A stretch of 64,000 nucleotides of DNA from Mobula hypostoma (taxonomy: Eukaryota): contig NC_086097.1 of the NCBI RefSeq assembly GCF_963921235.1, forward strand, positions 102,860,001 to 102,924,000. The letters are read 5' to 3'. A model generated the notes under the pieces. The model searched no databases. It saw only the letters and a list, made by a program, of their open reading frames with translations, and was not told the DNA's origin. How positions within the stretch are numbered: the stretch's first letter is position 1; each line of letters begins with the position of its first letter. Shown here in pieces: positions 36,532 through 49,166 of the stretch. The translations under genes and the position numbers were made by a program.

Positions 36532-37626
36532 ACATCCTTTCTAAGATATGGGGCCCAAAACTGTTGGTAATACTCCAAGTGCAGCCTGACTAGTGTCTTA
36601 TAAAGGCTTAGTATTATCTCCTTACCTTTATATTCCATTCCCCGTGAAATAAATGCCAAAGTTGCATTTACCTTCTTTACCACAGACTCACCCTGTAAAT
36701 TAACCTTTGGGAGTCTTGCAAGAGGACTCCTATGTCCCTCTGCACCTCTGATGTTTGAACCTTCTCCCCATTTTAATAATTGTCTGCACTATTGTTCCTT
36801 TTACCAAAATGCATTATGATACATTTTCCAACACCGTATTCCATCTGCCATTTTATTGCTCATTCTTGCAATTTGTCTAAGTCCTGCTGCAAGTGTATTG
36901 CCTTCTCAGCACTACCTCCCCCTCCACCTATCTTTGTATCATCTGCAAACTTTGCCACAAAGCCATCAATTCCATTATCCAAATCATTGACAAACATTGT
37001 GAAAAGTAGCGGTCCCAATACTGACCCCTGAGGAACACCACTAGTCACTGGCAGCCAACCAGAAAAGGCCCCTTTTATTCCCACTCGCTGCCTCCTGCCT
37101 GTCAGCCATTCCTCTATCCATGCCAGTATCTTTCCTGTAATGCCAGAGGATTTTATCTTGTTAAGCAGCCTCGTGTGTGGCACCTTATCAAATGCCTTCT
37201 GAAAATCCAAGTAAATGACATCCACTGCCTCTCCTTTATCCCCCCTGCTTGTTACTGCCTCATTTTCCCTATCAAGCTGCAGTTCCAGTTCCCTAACATG
37301 GTCTCCAAGGAGCTGCATCTTGATGCACCTGGTGCAGATGAGGCTGGGAGTCTCCTGGAAATCCCACATCTGACACCCAGAATAGAACACTGGCTCTATA
37401 GACATACTCCCTATTCTCTGTAGAAAAATAAGGAATGGACTCACCTACTTACCTTGCCTCCACTTGTTCTCTCCGAAGATCTGTTTGAGCCAAAGCCTTA
37501 CTACTCTGACTCAAGACTGCTCGGACGATGACCGCTCCACCAGTCAGTACCTCTCTTTTATAGAGACTGGTTTTTTTCAAGCTCTTTGTTGGACCTGCGT
37601 TGGAATGCTCCTGTTGCATCTGTGCA

Positions 37627-39548
37627 GTACTCCAATGCCTTCTGTCCTCTTCTCTTAGGTTCCCCCTTCTCCAACCCTTTATCTCTTTCACCAATCAACT
37701 TCCCAGCTCTTTACTTCACCCCTCCCCCTCCTGATTTCAGCTGTCACCTTCTGCTTTTCCCTCCTCTCCTCCCACCTTTTAACTCTTCTCCTCATATATC
37801 TCTTTCTCCAGTCCTGCTGAACGGTCTCGGCCTGAAACGTCGACTGTACTGTTTTCCATAGATGCTGCCTGGCCTGCTGAGTTCCTCCAGCATTTGTTGT
37901 GTGTTCTTGGTTCCCTGTTCCACTTTCCTCTCCTGTCGGATTCCATTATCTTCAGTCCTTTGTCACTTCCCGGCCTCTGTTGGTATTTCCACTCTCTTCC
38001 CCTCTGCATGCCTGCCACCCATCCACCTATCCAGTTCTTGTCCCACTCATTGCCTCCACCTCTTTATTGGCTATCTTTCAGTCCAGAAGAGTCTCGACCC
38101 CAAATGTAGACTGTTCACTTCCCTTCACCGATGCTGAGTTTCTCTAGCAGTCTCACAAACACAAGAAAATCTGCAGATGCTGGAAATCCAAAGCAACACA
38201 CACAAAATGCTGGAGGAACTCAGCAGCTCAGGCAGCATCTGTGGAAAGGAATAAGCAGTCGACATTTCAGGCCGAGACTCTTCATCAGGACTGGAATGAA
38301 AAGAGAAGTTAGAACAAGAAGGTGGAGTGATGGGAGGAAAAGTACAAGGTGGTTGGTGAAGCCGGGAGGGGGAGGGGTGAAGTAACGAGCTGGGAAGTTG
38401 ATTGGTGAAAGAGATAAAGGGCTGGAGAAGGAAGAATCTGACAGGAGAGGGCAGAAGACCATTGAAGAAAGGGAAGGAGGAGGAGCACTGGAGGGAGGTG
38501 ATGGGCAGGAAGGGAGAGGGAGCAATTATTGGAAGTTTAAGAAATCGATGTATGTGCCATCAGGTTGGAGGCTACCCAGACAGAACATAAGGTGGTGCTC
38601 CTCCACCCTGAGTGGGGCCTCATCACGGCAGAAGAGGAGGCCATGGACTGATGTGTTGGAATGGGAATGGAAATGGGAAGTAGAATTGAAATGGATGGCT
38701 ACTGGTAGATCCTGCTTATTCTGGTAGACAGAGCATAGGCGCTGGGCGAGGCAGTCACCCAATCTACGGTGGGTTTCACCGATATACAGGAAGCCACACC
38801 GGACACAGTAGATGAACCCAACAGACTCACAGGTGAAGTGTCTCCTCACCTGGGAGGACTGTTTGGGACCCTGAGGGAGGAGGTGTAGGAGCAGGCGGGG
38901 CACTTGTTTTGCTTGCAAGGATAGGAGGGAGGGACGAGTGAAAAAGGAAGTCGCATACGGATGCGATCCCTGCGGAAAGCAGCAAGTGTGGGGGAGGGAA
39001 AGACGTGCTTGATGGTGGGATTCCATAGAAGATGGCAGAAGTTACAGAGACTTATGTGCTGGACACGGAGGCTAGTGGGGTGGTAGGTGAGGATAAGAGG
39101 AACCCTCTCCCTGATGGGTTGGTAGGAGGATGGGGTGAGAGCAATCATGCATGAAATGGAAGAGATGCAGGTGAGGGCAGCTTTGATGGTGGAGAAAGGG
39201 AATGCCCCTTTCATTGAAGAGGAACATCTCAGTAGTTCTGGAGTGAAAAGCCTCATCCTGACAGCAGATGTGGCAGAGACAGAAGAACGGTGAGGTCTTC
39301 TGCCCTCTCCTATCAGATTCCCCTTTCTCCAGCCCTGTGTCTCTTTCACCAATCATCTTCCCAGCTCCTTACTTCACCCCTGCCCTCTCTCCCGGTTTCA
39401 CTTATCACCTTGTACTTCCTCATCCCCTCTCCCACTATCCTACCCTGACTTCTCCTTTTTCTTTCTAGTCCTGAGGAAGGATCTTGACCTGAAATATTGA
39501 CTGTACTCTTTTGCCCGGCCCGCTGAGTTCCTGCAGCGTTTTGTGTGT
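37627..39548. mobile_element. Penelope cluster: two plus-strand pLTRs, a minus-strand element with GIY-YIG (38155-39290) and an inverted pLTR (39295-39548)
   Basis: ORF 38526-39026 VGFIYCVRCGFLYIGETHRRLGD; repeated pLTR text in both orientations. Confidence 0.85.
38256..38293 (-). ncRNA. Minimal type-I hammerhead ribozyme motif (core intact, stems weakened)
   Basis: Minus strand CAGTC-CTGATGA-A-GAGT-CTCG-GCCT-GAAA-TG-TC-GACTG. Confidence 0.62.
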
Positions 39549-41028
39549 CCTCTAACAGTTTGGTTTTTTGCTCAGGAGTCCCATTCTTGATGGATGGTAC
39601 CAGACTTAAAATGGCTATTCCTCAGTTAATTGGGCCCTGCGTCCTAAAAGAAATGATTCAAACAGGAGTGAAGCATGTATTTAAGTTTGTCTGGCAAAAT
39701 AGCATGGGTCCTATGGTACTTGGAAGATGCTTTGGCTGCTGTAATGTCTGAGCACAGTTTCCCAGTAACTTCCGAAAATGGCCACAGACTTTTCTCTTAC
39801 AGAATACTGCATTTTCTAATTCTTCGTAAATTATTGAGAACTAAGCCACTTACAATTCATCTTGTCAAATGTGTTCCTGTCCTCATATCATGTTTCAGGG
39901 TATAATATTTCAGTAATGATCAGCACACCGCTCAAGTGTTACCATAAGTTGTAGGATCAATAACACTCAGCTTTGGAGACTGCTGCTGACCTTCAGTCTA
40001 CCTTAGCTCCTGCTGCAGTATTCCATCGATGAGAAAAATGTTGCTTAATAGCCCAGAATGTTCTGGCAAACAAGGAGGAGACTAATGTTTTTCATCATTG
40101 TTTATGCGCAAATGGTGCAGTAATGACAAGCAAGAGGCAGATGTGCTTTTAAAGTGCCTAGCTCCTGTGATGCACCACCCTGCCATTCGCTTTGTGGAAA
40201 TAGCATTTCCGCCTCACTACTGACGTGCATTGAACGACATGAATTTGATGCATCTGACAGATTTAGACTAAACCTTTCTCATCTCGTCACCCTGCCGACT
40301 ACATGAGTGCGTTATTATCAGTCAAGTCGATTTGCCCTGGCAGTAAAATATTACTAGTCCCGAATGACATCCTACTTTCAATTGCACCTCACCTCTTTTT
40401 CTGTGACCTTTATTCCAATTTTTCTATACATCTCTCTGTTTTTCTTACTACATCCAACCTAATGTTGGATTCACCCCTCTTTGTACATGTGCTATTAATT
40501 TCATTGTTCTTCAATATATTTGGTGAAGAGATAGGCCAGTAAAAGTCATCACTGAATGACTACCTAACAACTCTAGTGATCAGGGAACTGTAACTCCAAG
40601 GAGCACAGACAACATTATATTTGTTTCTTCCAGCATTTAAAAGCATTTGATTTGCTGAACCAGTACTGGGTAGAAGCTGGTGTCTGCCCCAGGCCTGTGC
40701 GGTCGGCACTCTGGCTGTGGTCCCACAGTAGTCACCCACCCTGGGTTGACAGATGCTGCATCTCGCCCTGAGGTCACTCACAGCTTCTTCCCCATTGAGA
40801 CTGTACTTGCACTCTTAACTTTAATGAACCCTTTTGTCTTTGTTTCTCTGTGCCTGAAATATTGAAGTATCATATCTTCTTTTCTTTGCCAACATTAATT
40901 GGTGGGAGTGGTGGGGAAGAAGGGCTGATGCTTTATGCTGGAATAAGTGCAGGGAAAGAGGGGTTGATGCTTTATGCTGGAATAAGTGGAGGGAAGGTGG
41001 GGGTCGATGCTTTATGCTGCTTGTGCAT

Positions 41029-44000
41029 AGAACATAGAACATGGAATATTACAGCACAGTACAGGCCCTTCGGCCCACAATGTTGTGCCGACCCTCAAAC
41101 CCTGCCTCCCATATAAGCCCCCACCTTAGATTCCTCCATATACCTGTCTAGTAGTCTCTTAAACTTCACTAGTGTATCTGCCTTCACCACTGACTCAGGC
41201 AGTGCATTCCATGCACCAACCACTCTCTGAGTAAAAAACCTTCCTCTAATATCCCCCTTGAACTTCCCACCCCTTACCTTAAAGCCATGTCCTCTTGTAT
41301 TGAGCAGTGGTGCCCTGGGGAAGAGGCGCTGGCTATCCACTCTGTCTATTCCTCTTATTATCTTGTATATCTGTATCATGTCTCCTCTCATCCTCCTTCA
41401 CTCCAAAGAGAAAAGCCCTACCTCCCTTAATCTCTGATCATAATACATACGTTCTAAACCAGGCAGCATCCTGGTAAATCTCCTCTGTACCCTTCCCAAT
41501 GCTTCCACATCCTTCCTATAGTGAGGTGACCAGAACTAGACACAGTACTCCAAGTGTGGCCTAACCAGAGTTTTATAGGGCTGCATCATTACATCACGAC
41601 TCTTAAACTCCATCCCTCGACTTATGAAAGCTCACACCCCATAAGCTTTCCTAACTACCCTATCCACCTGTGAGGCAACTTTCAGGGATCTGTGGACATG
41701 TACCCCGAGATCCCTCTGCTCCTCCACACTACCAAGTATCCTGCCATTTACTTTGTACTCTGCCTTGTAGTTTGTCCTTTCAAAGTGTACCACCTCACAC
41801 TTCTCCGGGTTGAACTCCATCTGCCACATCTCAGCCCACTCCTGCATCCTATCAATGTCTCTCTGCAATCTTCGACAATCCTCTTCACTATCTACAACAC
41901 CACCAACCTTTGTGTCGTCTGCAAACTTGCCAACCCACCCTTCTACCCCCGCATGATTTAATAAAAATCACGAAAAGTAGAGGTCCCAGAACAGATCCTT
42001 GTGGGACACCACTAGTCACAATCCTCCAATCTGAATGTACTCCCTCCACCACCACCCTCTGCCTTCTGCAGGCAAGCCAATTCTGAATCCACCTGGCCAA
42101 ACTTCCCTGGATCCCATGCCTTCTAACTTTCTGAATAAGCCTACCATGTGGAACCTTGTCAAATGCCTCACTAAAATCCATATAGATCACATCCACTGCA
42201 CTACCCTCATCTGTATGCCTGGTCACCTCCTCAAAGAACTCTATCAGGCTTGTTAGACACGATCTGCCCTTCACAAAGCCATGCTGACTGTCCCTGATCA
42301 GACCATGATTCTCTAAATGCCTATAGATCCTATCTCTAAGAATCTTTTCCAACAGCTTTCCCACCACAGACGTAAGGCTCACTGGTCTATAATTACCCGG
42401 ACTATCCCTACTACCTTTTTTGAACAAGGAGACAACATTCGCCTCCCTCTAATCCTCTGGTACCATTCCCGTGGACAATGAGGACATAAAGATCCTAGCC
42501 AGAGGCTCAGCAATCTCTTCTCTCGCCTTGTGGAGCAGCCTGGGGAATATTCCATCAGGCTCCAGGGACTTATCTGTCCTAAAGTATTTTAACAACTCCA
42601 ACACCTCCTCTCCCTTAATATCAACATGCTCCAGAACATCAACCTCACTCATATTGTCCTCACCATCAAGTTCCCTCTCATTGGTGAATACCGAAGAGGA
42701 GTATTCATTGAGGACCTCGCTCACTTCCACAGCCTCCAGGCACATCTTCCCACCTTTATCTCTAATCGGTCCTACCTTCACTCCTGTCATCCTTTTTCTC
42801 TTCACATAATTGAAGAATGCCTTGGGGTTCTCCTTTACCCTACTCGCCAAGGCCTTCTCATGCCCCCTTCTTGCTCTTCTCAGCCCCTTCTTAAGCTCCT
42901 TTCTTGCTTCCCTATATTCCTCAATAGACCCATCTGATCCTTGCTTCCTAAACCTTATGTATGCTGCCTTCTTCCACCTGACTAGATTTTTCACCTCACT
43001 TGTCACCCATGGTTCCTTCACCCTACCATTCTTTATCTTCCTCACCGGGACAAATTTATCCCTAACATCTCGCAAGAAATCTCTAAACATCGACCACATG
43101 TCCATAGTACATTTCCCAGCAAGAACATCATCCCAATTCACACCCTAGTTCTAGCCTTATAGCCTCAGAATTTAACCTTCCCCAATTAAAAATTTTCCTG
43201 TCCTCTCTGATTCCATCCTTTTCCATGATAATGCTAAAGGCCAGGGAGCAGTGGTCACTGTCCCCCAGATGCTCACCCACTGAGAGATCTGTGACCTGAC
43301 CTGGTTCATTACCTAGTACTAGATCTAGTATGGCATTCCCCCTGGTCGGCCTGTCCACATACTGTGACAGGAATCCATCCTGGACACACTTAACAAACTC
43401 TGCCCCATCTAAACCCTTGGAACTAATCAGGTGTCAATCAATATTAGGGAAGTTAAAGTCACCCATGATAACAACCCTGTTATTTTTGCACCTTTCCAAA
43501 ATCTGCCTCCCAATCTGTTCCTCTGTATCTCTGCTGCTACCAGGGGGCCTATAGAATACCTCCAGTAGAGTAACTGCTCCCTTCCTGTTCCTGACTTCCA
43601 CCCATATTGACTCAAAAGAGCATCCTGCTACATTACCCACCCTTTCTGTAGCTGTAATAGTATCCCTGACCAGTAATGCCACCCCTCCTTCCCTTTTTCC
43701 GCCCTCTCTATCCCTTTTAAAGCACTGAAATCCAGGAATATTGAGAATCCATTCCTGCCTTGGTGCCAGCCAAGTCTCTGTAATGGCCACTACCTCATAA
43801 TTTCATGTATGTATCCAAGCTCTCAGTTCATCATCTTTGTTCTTGATGCTTCTTGCATTGAGGTACACACATTTCAGCCCTTCTACTTTACTGTCTTTGC
43901 ACCATTTATTCTGCTTCTCTTTCCTCAAAGCCTCTCTGTATGTTAGATCTGGCTTTACTCCATGCACTTCCTTCACTGCACTATCGCTCTGGGTCCCATC

Positions 44001-45334
44001 CCCCTCGCAAATTAGTTTAAACCCTCCCAAACCATGCTAGCAAATCTACCTGCAAGGATATTGCTCCCCCTCGAGTTCAGGTGCAACCCATCCAATCTGT
44101 ACAGGTCCCACCTTCCCCAGAAGGGATCCCAATGATCTAAAAATCTAAAACCCTGCTCCCTGCACCAACTCCTCAGCCACGCATTCAACTGCCATCTCCT
44201 CCAATTCTTACCATCACTGTCACGTAGCACTGGCAGCAATCCTGAGAACGCCACCCTTGAGGTCCTGTTCTTCAGTCTTCTGCCTAGTTCCAGAAACTCA
44301 CACTTCAGGACCTCATCCCCCTTCCTGCCTATGTCATTGGTCCCAACATGTATCACGACTTCTGGTTGCTTTTCCTCTCGTACCAGGATGTCGTGCACCC
44401 GGTCAGAGACATCCTGGACCTGGCACCCGGGAGGCAACAAACAATGCGGGTGTCCTTCTCACGTCCACAAAATCTCCTGTCTGCTCCCTGACTATAGAGT
44501 CTCCAATGACGACAGCTCTCCTCTTCTCCGTCCCACCCTTCTGCACCACAGGGTCAGACTCAGTGCCAGAGGCCCTGCCACCATGGCTCACACCTGGTCG
44601 GTCATCCCCGCCAACAGCATCCAGGACAGTAAACTTATTATTCAGGGGATTGGCTACAGGGGTGCTCTGCACTACCTGTCTGTTCACCTTCGCTTTCCCC
44701 CCTCTGACTCACCCAACGACCTGCTTCCGACAGCCTAGGTGTGACTACCTCCCTGTAGCTCTCATCTATGACTGCCTCATTCTCCCTTATGAGTTGAAGG
44801 TCATCCAGCTGCTGCTCCAGATTCCTTACACGGTCTTCCAGATCGCCCAGCCGTATGCACTTCTGGCAGATGTGACTCTGCAGGAGAGGGGAGTTCCCCC
44901 AAGACTGCCACATCTCACATGAGAGGCACATCACTGTCTCAGGAGACATTGTAAAAACTAACTGCGAGCTAGCTTGTCCTCTGCCCCTACTCGTCGAAGC
45001 CTCTCGAGTCAAAGCCTCAAAGCTTCACTCCTTCACTGGCCCACTCACGCTCTGGCTGCTTTCCACTGGCCGCTTCGCTTGAGCTATCCCTCTACTTATC
45101 TGTTTGAACTTTTCAAAATGTTTGGTCACCTGACCTCGACTGCCCAATCAGCTACTTTCTGCTGAGTCTGAGCTATTCAAATCTTGATTGTCTAATCAAT
45201 GGCTTTCTGCTGATCTATTCAAATCTTAATTGACTTGATTGCACAGACCAACTGCCAAAACTGCCAGAATCTCTCAAGTCAAAGCCTCAAAGCTCCACTC
45301 CTTCACTGGCCCACTCACGCACTGGCCACTTTCC
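41029..45334 (-). mobile_element. Near full-length CR1 LINE (ORF1 Zn finger plus SGNH esterase; ORF2 APE-RT), frameshifted
   Basis: CLSC...[57 protein letters not shown]. (ATAGAAC)n tail; TSD GCAT (41025-41028, 45335-45338). Confidence 0.94.
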
Positions 45335-45338
45335 GCAT

Positions 45339-45482
45339 GGGAGGAGGGTTTGGGGTTCTATGCTTTTCTGTCATTCATCCTTTGGGGTTTTTTCTTCTGT
45401 TTCGTGGATGTCTGTGAAGAGTAAGAATTTCAGGTTACATACTACATACACTCTGTGATTTTAAATTGAACCATTGAACTGA
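45339..45482 (+). mobile_element. Family B retroposon 3' end (its upstream part is ~40900-41028, split by the CR1)
   Basis: gtggatgtctgtgaaga.taagaatttcagg tail is shared with 48340-48380 and 61183-61260. Confidence 0.7.
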
Positions 45483-45493
45483 CTATATTTTCA

Positions 45494-45630
45494 TCACAAA
45501 TGAGAGAAAACCTGCAGATGCTGGAAATCCAAGCAACACACACAAAATGCTGGAGAAACTCAGCAGGCCAGGCAGCATCTATGGAAAAGAGTAGAGTTGA
45601 CATTTCAGCTGAGAGCCTTCAGCAGGACCA
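45494..45630 (-). mobile_element. Penelope pLTR fragment with decayed hammerhead
   Basis: ctgcagatgctggaaatccaagcaacacacacaaaatgctgg...ccttcagcaggac. Confidence 0.75.
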
Positions 45631-47845
45631 CATCTATATTTTCATTTTGAGTTTCAGATTTGTCCATCACAGCCCCAACATTTTTGCTTCTCCTCTACAA
45701 GTCAGTGTACAAACAGAAGACAGTCTACTCTTTCATCTTTGGGGAAACAGTCTGCATGTGCAAATTAAAAGAATCCTGAAATTAAAATCAAACCAGAACA
45801 CAGTCCAGAGCAAAGCACACAATCCTTTTTCCCCAGGTAAGGTTTGCTTCAAACAAGAGGTCATGGATTTCAGATCAGGGGCAGCTTCTCCATGCAAAGA
45901 ATAGTGTGTATTTGGATTGAGTTCTAGAAATAATATAGAAGGACATCTGGATAATTACAGGGGTAGGGGATGTTTAGTAGACAATGGGCCAAAAGTGGCA
46001 GAATGGTATAGGTAGCTGGGCAGCACCTTCAGCATGGCTGAATTGGGCTGACAGACCTGCTTCCACACTGTATAACTCTGACTATAGGTTGGGAAGTAAC
46101 GTAAAAATAAATCCACCCTCAGGTTGGAGCGTTGTTTGACAGGGAAAAGGACAAGGCAGGTGCAGGCAGTCCTGTTTGCAATATATTTACACTACACATA
46201 TTTACAGAAGTGATCCAGGCAATCAAATCCAAAGGCTGAAATCCACAATACGAAAACACGAAGACTACAAGTTTGTTAATACGACTCGCGCAATTCTCCC
46301 CAGAGGCTCTTTCTCCCTGGATGCCGGCTCTTTTTTAAAATATTGCACTCGCCAAATTCCAATTGGAGCAGGTCCGACAAGGAGGCAGGTCCAGCAGCTC
46401 TCTAAATGGAAATTGACAGTGGTTCAGCACACCTGAAAAAGCTGGACGGAGAGAACAGGTAGCAGAAGCTTGGGTGCACAGTGCACACGCACGGAACAGA
46501 CGAGTAACTCAGCTGAGAGTGGTGAGAGCTGTGGGAGCAATGTCATTGTGATTGAGCTTATAACTCTTTTCCCGGGGAGGGGCGGTGGAATGCTAAAAAC
46601 AAAAGGGCATAGGTTTAAGATCAGAAGAGAGAGATTTAAGAAAGCCATCATGGGCAGCTTCTTCATGCAAAGAGTGGTACATAGTTGGAATGAGCACATT
46701 ACCAACATTTAATAGCCAACTGGATGAGTATATAGATAGGAGGTTTGAAATATTGAGGAATGTTGATAGCTCCGGTTGGCTATTTGGAAGTTTGGTTGAC
46801 CGCAGAGCTTGGCAAAATGTTTGAAGATGTTTGCGTTCCAATTGAGAAGGTACGAAGTGTTTAGAGGGTTAAGGGACACAGTCAGCATGGACAAATTGAG
46901 TCAAAGAACCTATTTCCATGCTGTATGACTCTATAACTTACCAAAGCCCCTTTGTGTAGACTTTGGTGTAACATAGCTAACATGATTGTTACCAGACATG
47001 ATTGAAGCTAATGTATGAACCCAGTAGCCAATTTACACACAGAAAAATGTTAGCAACTAGAACATTCCTCAATGCTGTTGAGTTTGGGATACGAAGAACA
47101 TCCCTGAAAGCTATCACCTGAAACATTAACTTTCTTTCTCCCTTCACTGTTCCCTTCCCTCCCTTCACCGATTCCATCTTACCTGCTGAGTATTTACAAA
47201 ATTCTTTATTTTTATTTGGCGTTCTGAAAAACTATCTTGTTCTCCAAAATGATGTCAACTAACAGAGCAGAGAGGACCTTGGTTCAACATTTCATCCAGA
47301 AAACTCATTGGATATCCAACAGCTGAGCATTATTTGTCTGGACAAAGGAAGTCCAAGTCCACTAGCGTGGAGCCATGTGGCAAGGAGCAATTATCCACCT
47401 GAAAACTTCTAGAGAACCAAAAATGAAGATTCCCAAGCAACAAACAGTACTTGGTTCAGTAGAATCAAACCAACCAGAGACAAAGCTGCAATTTTTGTGC
47501 AAATGAAATCTTGAAATGGAGCATATCAGTGGTAAAAACTGCTTTACACCATTGTGTAATCATGAACATGGATTTGCAGGCCACGGGAACTTGCGAAACT
47601 ACAGCCGTGAGCAATGAACCTTCAGTGCACTCTAAACCTCTGTAGAATGTGTAGAGTTACACGGGAGGCACAAGGAGCTCAAACAAATTGCCTGTGCTGT
47701 TTATTTAAGAGGTTTTTAAAGTTGTCACTCTGAAGCTTTCTACAAAACATTGTTGCAAGCTGGTGAGCCCTTAGTCCTGTATACTGCAATCTTTAAAGGG
47801 AGACAGCCTTAAAGTAACAAAAGTTCATAACTAATGTCATATATG

Positions 47846-48195
47846 AACATAGAACACGGAATAGTACGGCACATTACAGGCCCTTCAGCCCACAATGTTG
47901 TGCCCACCCTCAAACCCTGCCTCCCATATAAGCCCCCACCTTAAATTCCTCCATATACCTGTCTAGTAGTCTCTTAAACTTCACTAGTGTATCTGCCTCC
48001 ACCACTGACTCAGGCAATGCATTCCACGAATATATGCTTCAGGATCCAAAGTAAATGAAGTCCTGATGAAGGGTCTTGGCCCAAAACGTGGACTGTATAT
48101 TCTCATCCATGGATGCTGCCTGACCTGTTGAGCTCCTCCAGCACATTGGGTGTATTGCTCTAGATATCCAGCATCTGCAGTACTTCTTGTGTCCA
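47846..48195. mobile_element. CR1 tail (minus, 47846-48025, same subfamily as 41029) followed by a Penelope pLTR (plus, 48055-48195)
   Basis: Near identity to 41029-41210; agtcctgatgaagggtcttggcccaaaacgtggactg. Confidence 0.8.
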
Positions 48196-48339
48196 AAATA
48201 AATTGGGTGGGTTTTTAAACAGTAACTCATCCACCACGGTCATTGTTTCCCTTATAGATGCCAGCACGTTAGCCCAGATTTTTTTTTCATGATTTAACAT
48301 TAATTCCTCAGCTGTCTCAATAGGTTTAAGGAGGTATGT

Positions 48340-49110
48340 TTAATGTCCTGAAATTCTTTTTCTTCACAAACATCCATGAAAACAGAGGAATGCCCTAAAG
48401 AATGAATGACAGTTAAATGTTAGAACCCAAAGCCCACCCCACCCCCAGCTCCCCCCTCCCACACACAAGCATCAGCAAGACAACAACCCCTCCCCCCCAA
48501 CAAAACAACATCAGCACCCTCCACCAAGCACTCAAGCGTGTAGCAAAGCATCAATAAAGACACAGACTTGCAGTACCCCAAAGACTACTCGTTCACCTGG
48601 TATTTGACATACCACAGGCTCTCTCTCTCTCTCTCTCTCCCTAATAAGGGAAAAAAGAGGCGTCCCCGTTTCACAGCGAGAGGGGAGACATAACAAACAA
48701 TTTGCTGATTTATGATGTTAGAACTCTGTTGTATCGCTTTTCCCGAGCTCTGTGCCAGAGAATCGGCATCGGAAAGGCTCAGGTCTCTGGGCACACAGCC
48801 CATGGCAGTTAACCACTGCTCCCAATGTTCCGTGTTCTTCTGCGACAGTTCGGTCAAGGTCCCCAGCCTCGAATCAGGCCAACTCCAGAGCCACAAAAAT
48901 CCGGCACCCTAAAGGCGAAGGACTAGTTATCCAGGCCGCGTCCTTGGAATATCAAAAAGCAGCCGGTTGTGAGGCCCTGACAGCGCGTCTTATTCCCACA
49001 AAGAACCAAAGTCAGAGTGTAACTCCAGGTCAGGGTCTAAGAGATATCAAGGACAGAAATAGAGCTGTTTCCGAAGACGCAAGCAAAGGAGTCGCCCTTA
49101 ATGCCATCAC
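48340..49110 (-). mobile_element. Non-autonomous retroposon, family B
   Basis: Collinear with 61183-61960; head GATGGCATTAAGGGCGACTCCTTTG. Confidence 0.75.
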
Positions 49111-49166
49111 AACTTTGCTCTATTTAAATGCATATCTCCAGATTGTTTTTCTCATAACTTGTGATT

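Larger units (their letters stand above)
34989..37570 (-). mobile_element. Internally deleted CR1 (5' UTR/ORF1 start fused to RT), interrupted by a Penelope insertion
   Basis: ORF 36860-37444 joins ICTRC...ELELQLD to [21 protein letters not shown] and KFADDTK; CR1 tail at 34989. Confidence 0.85.
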
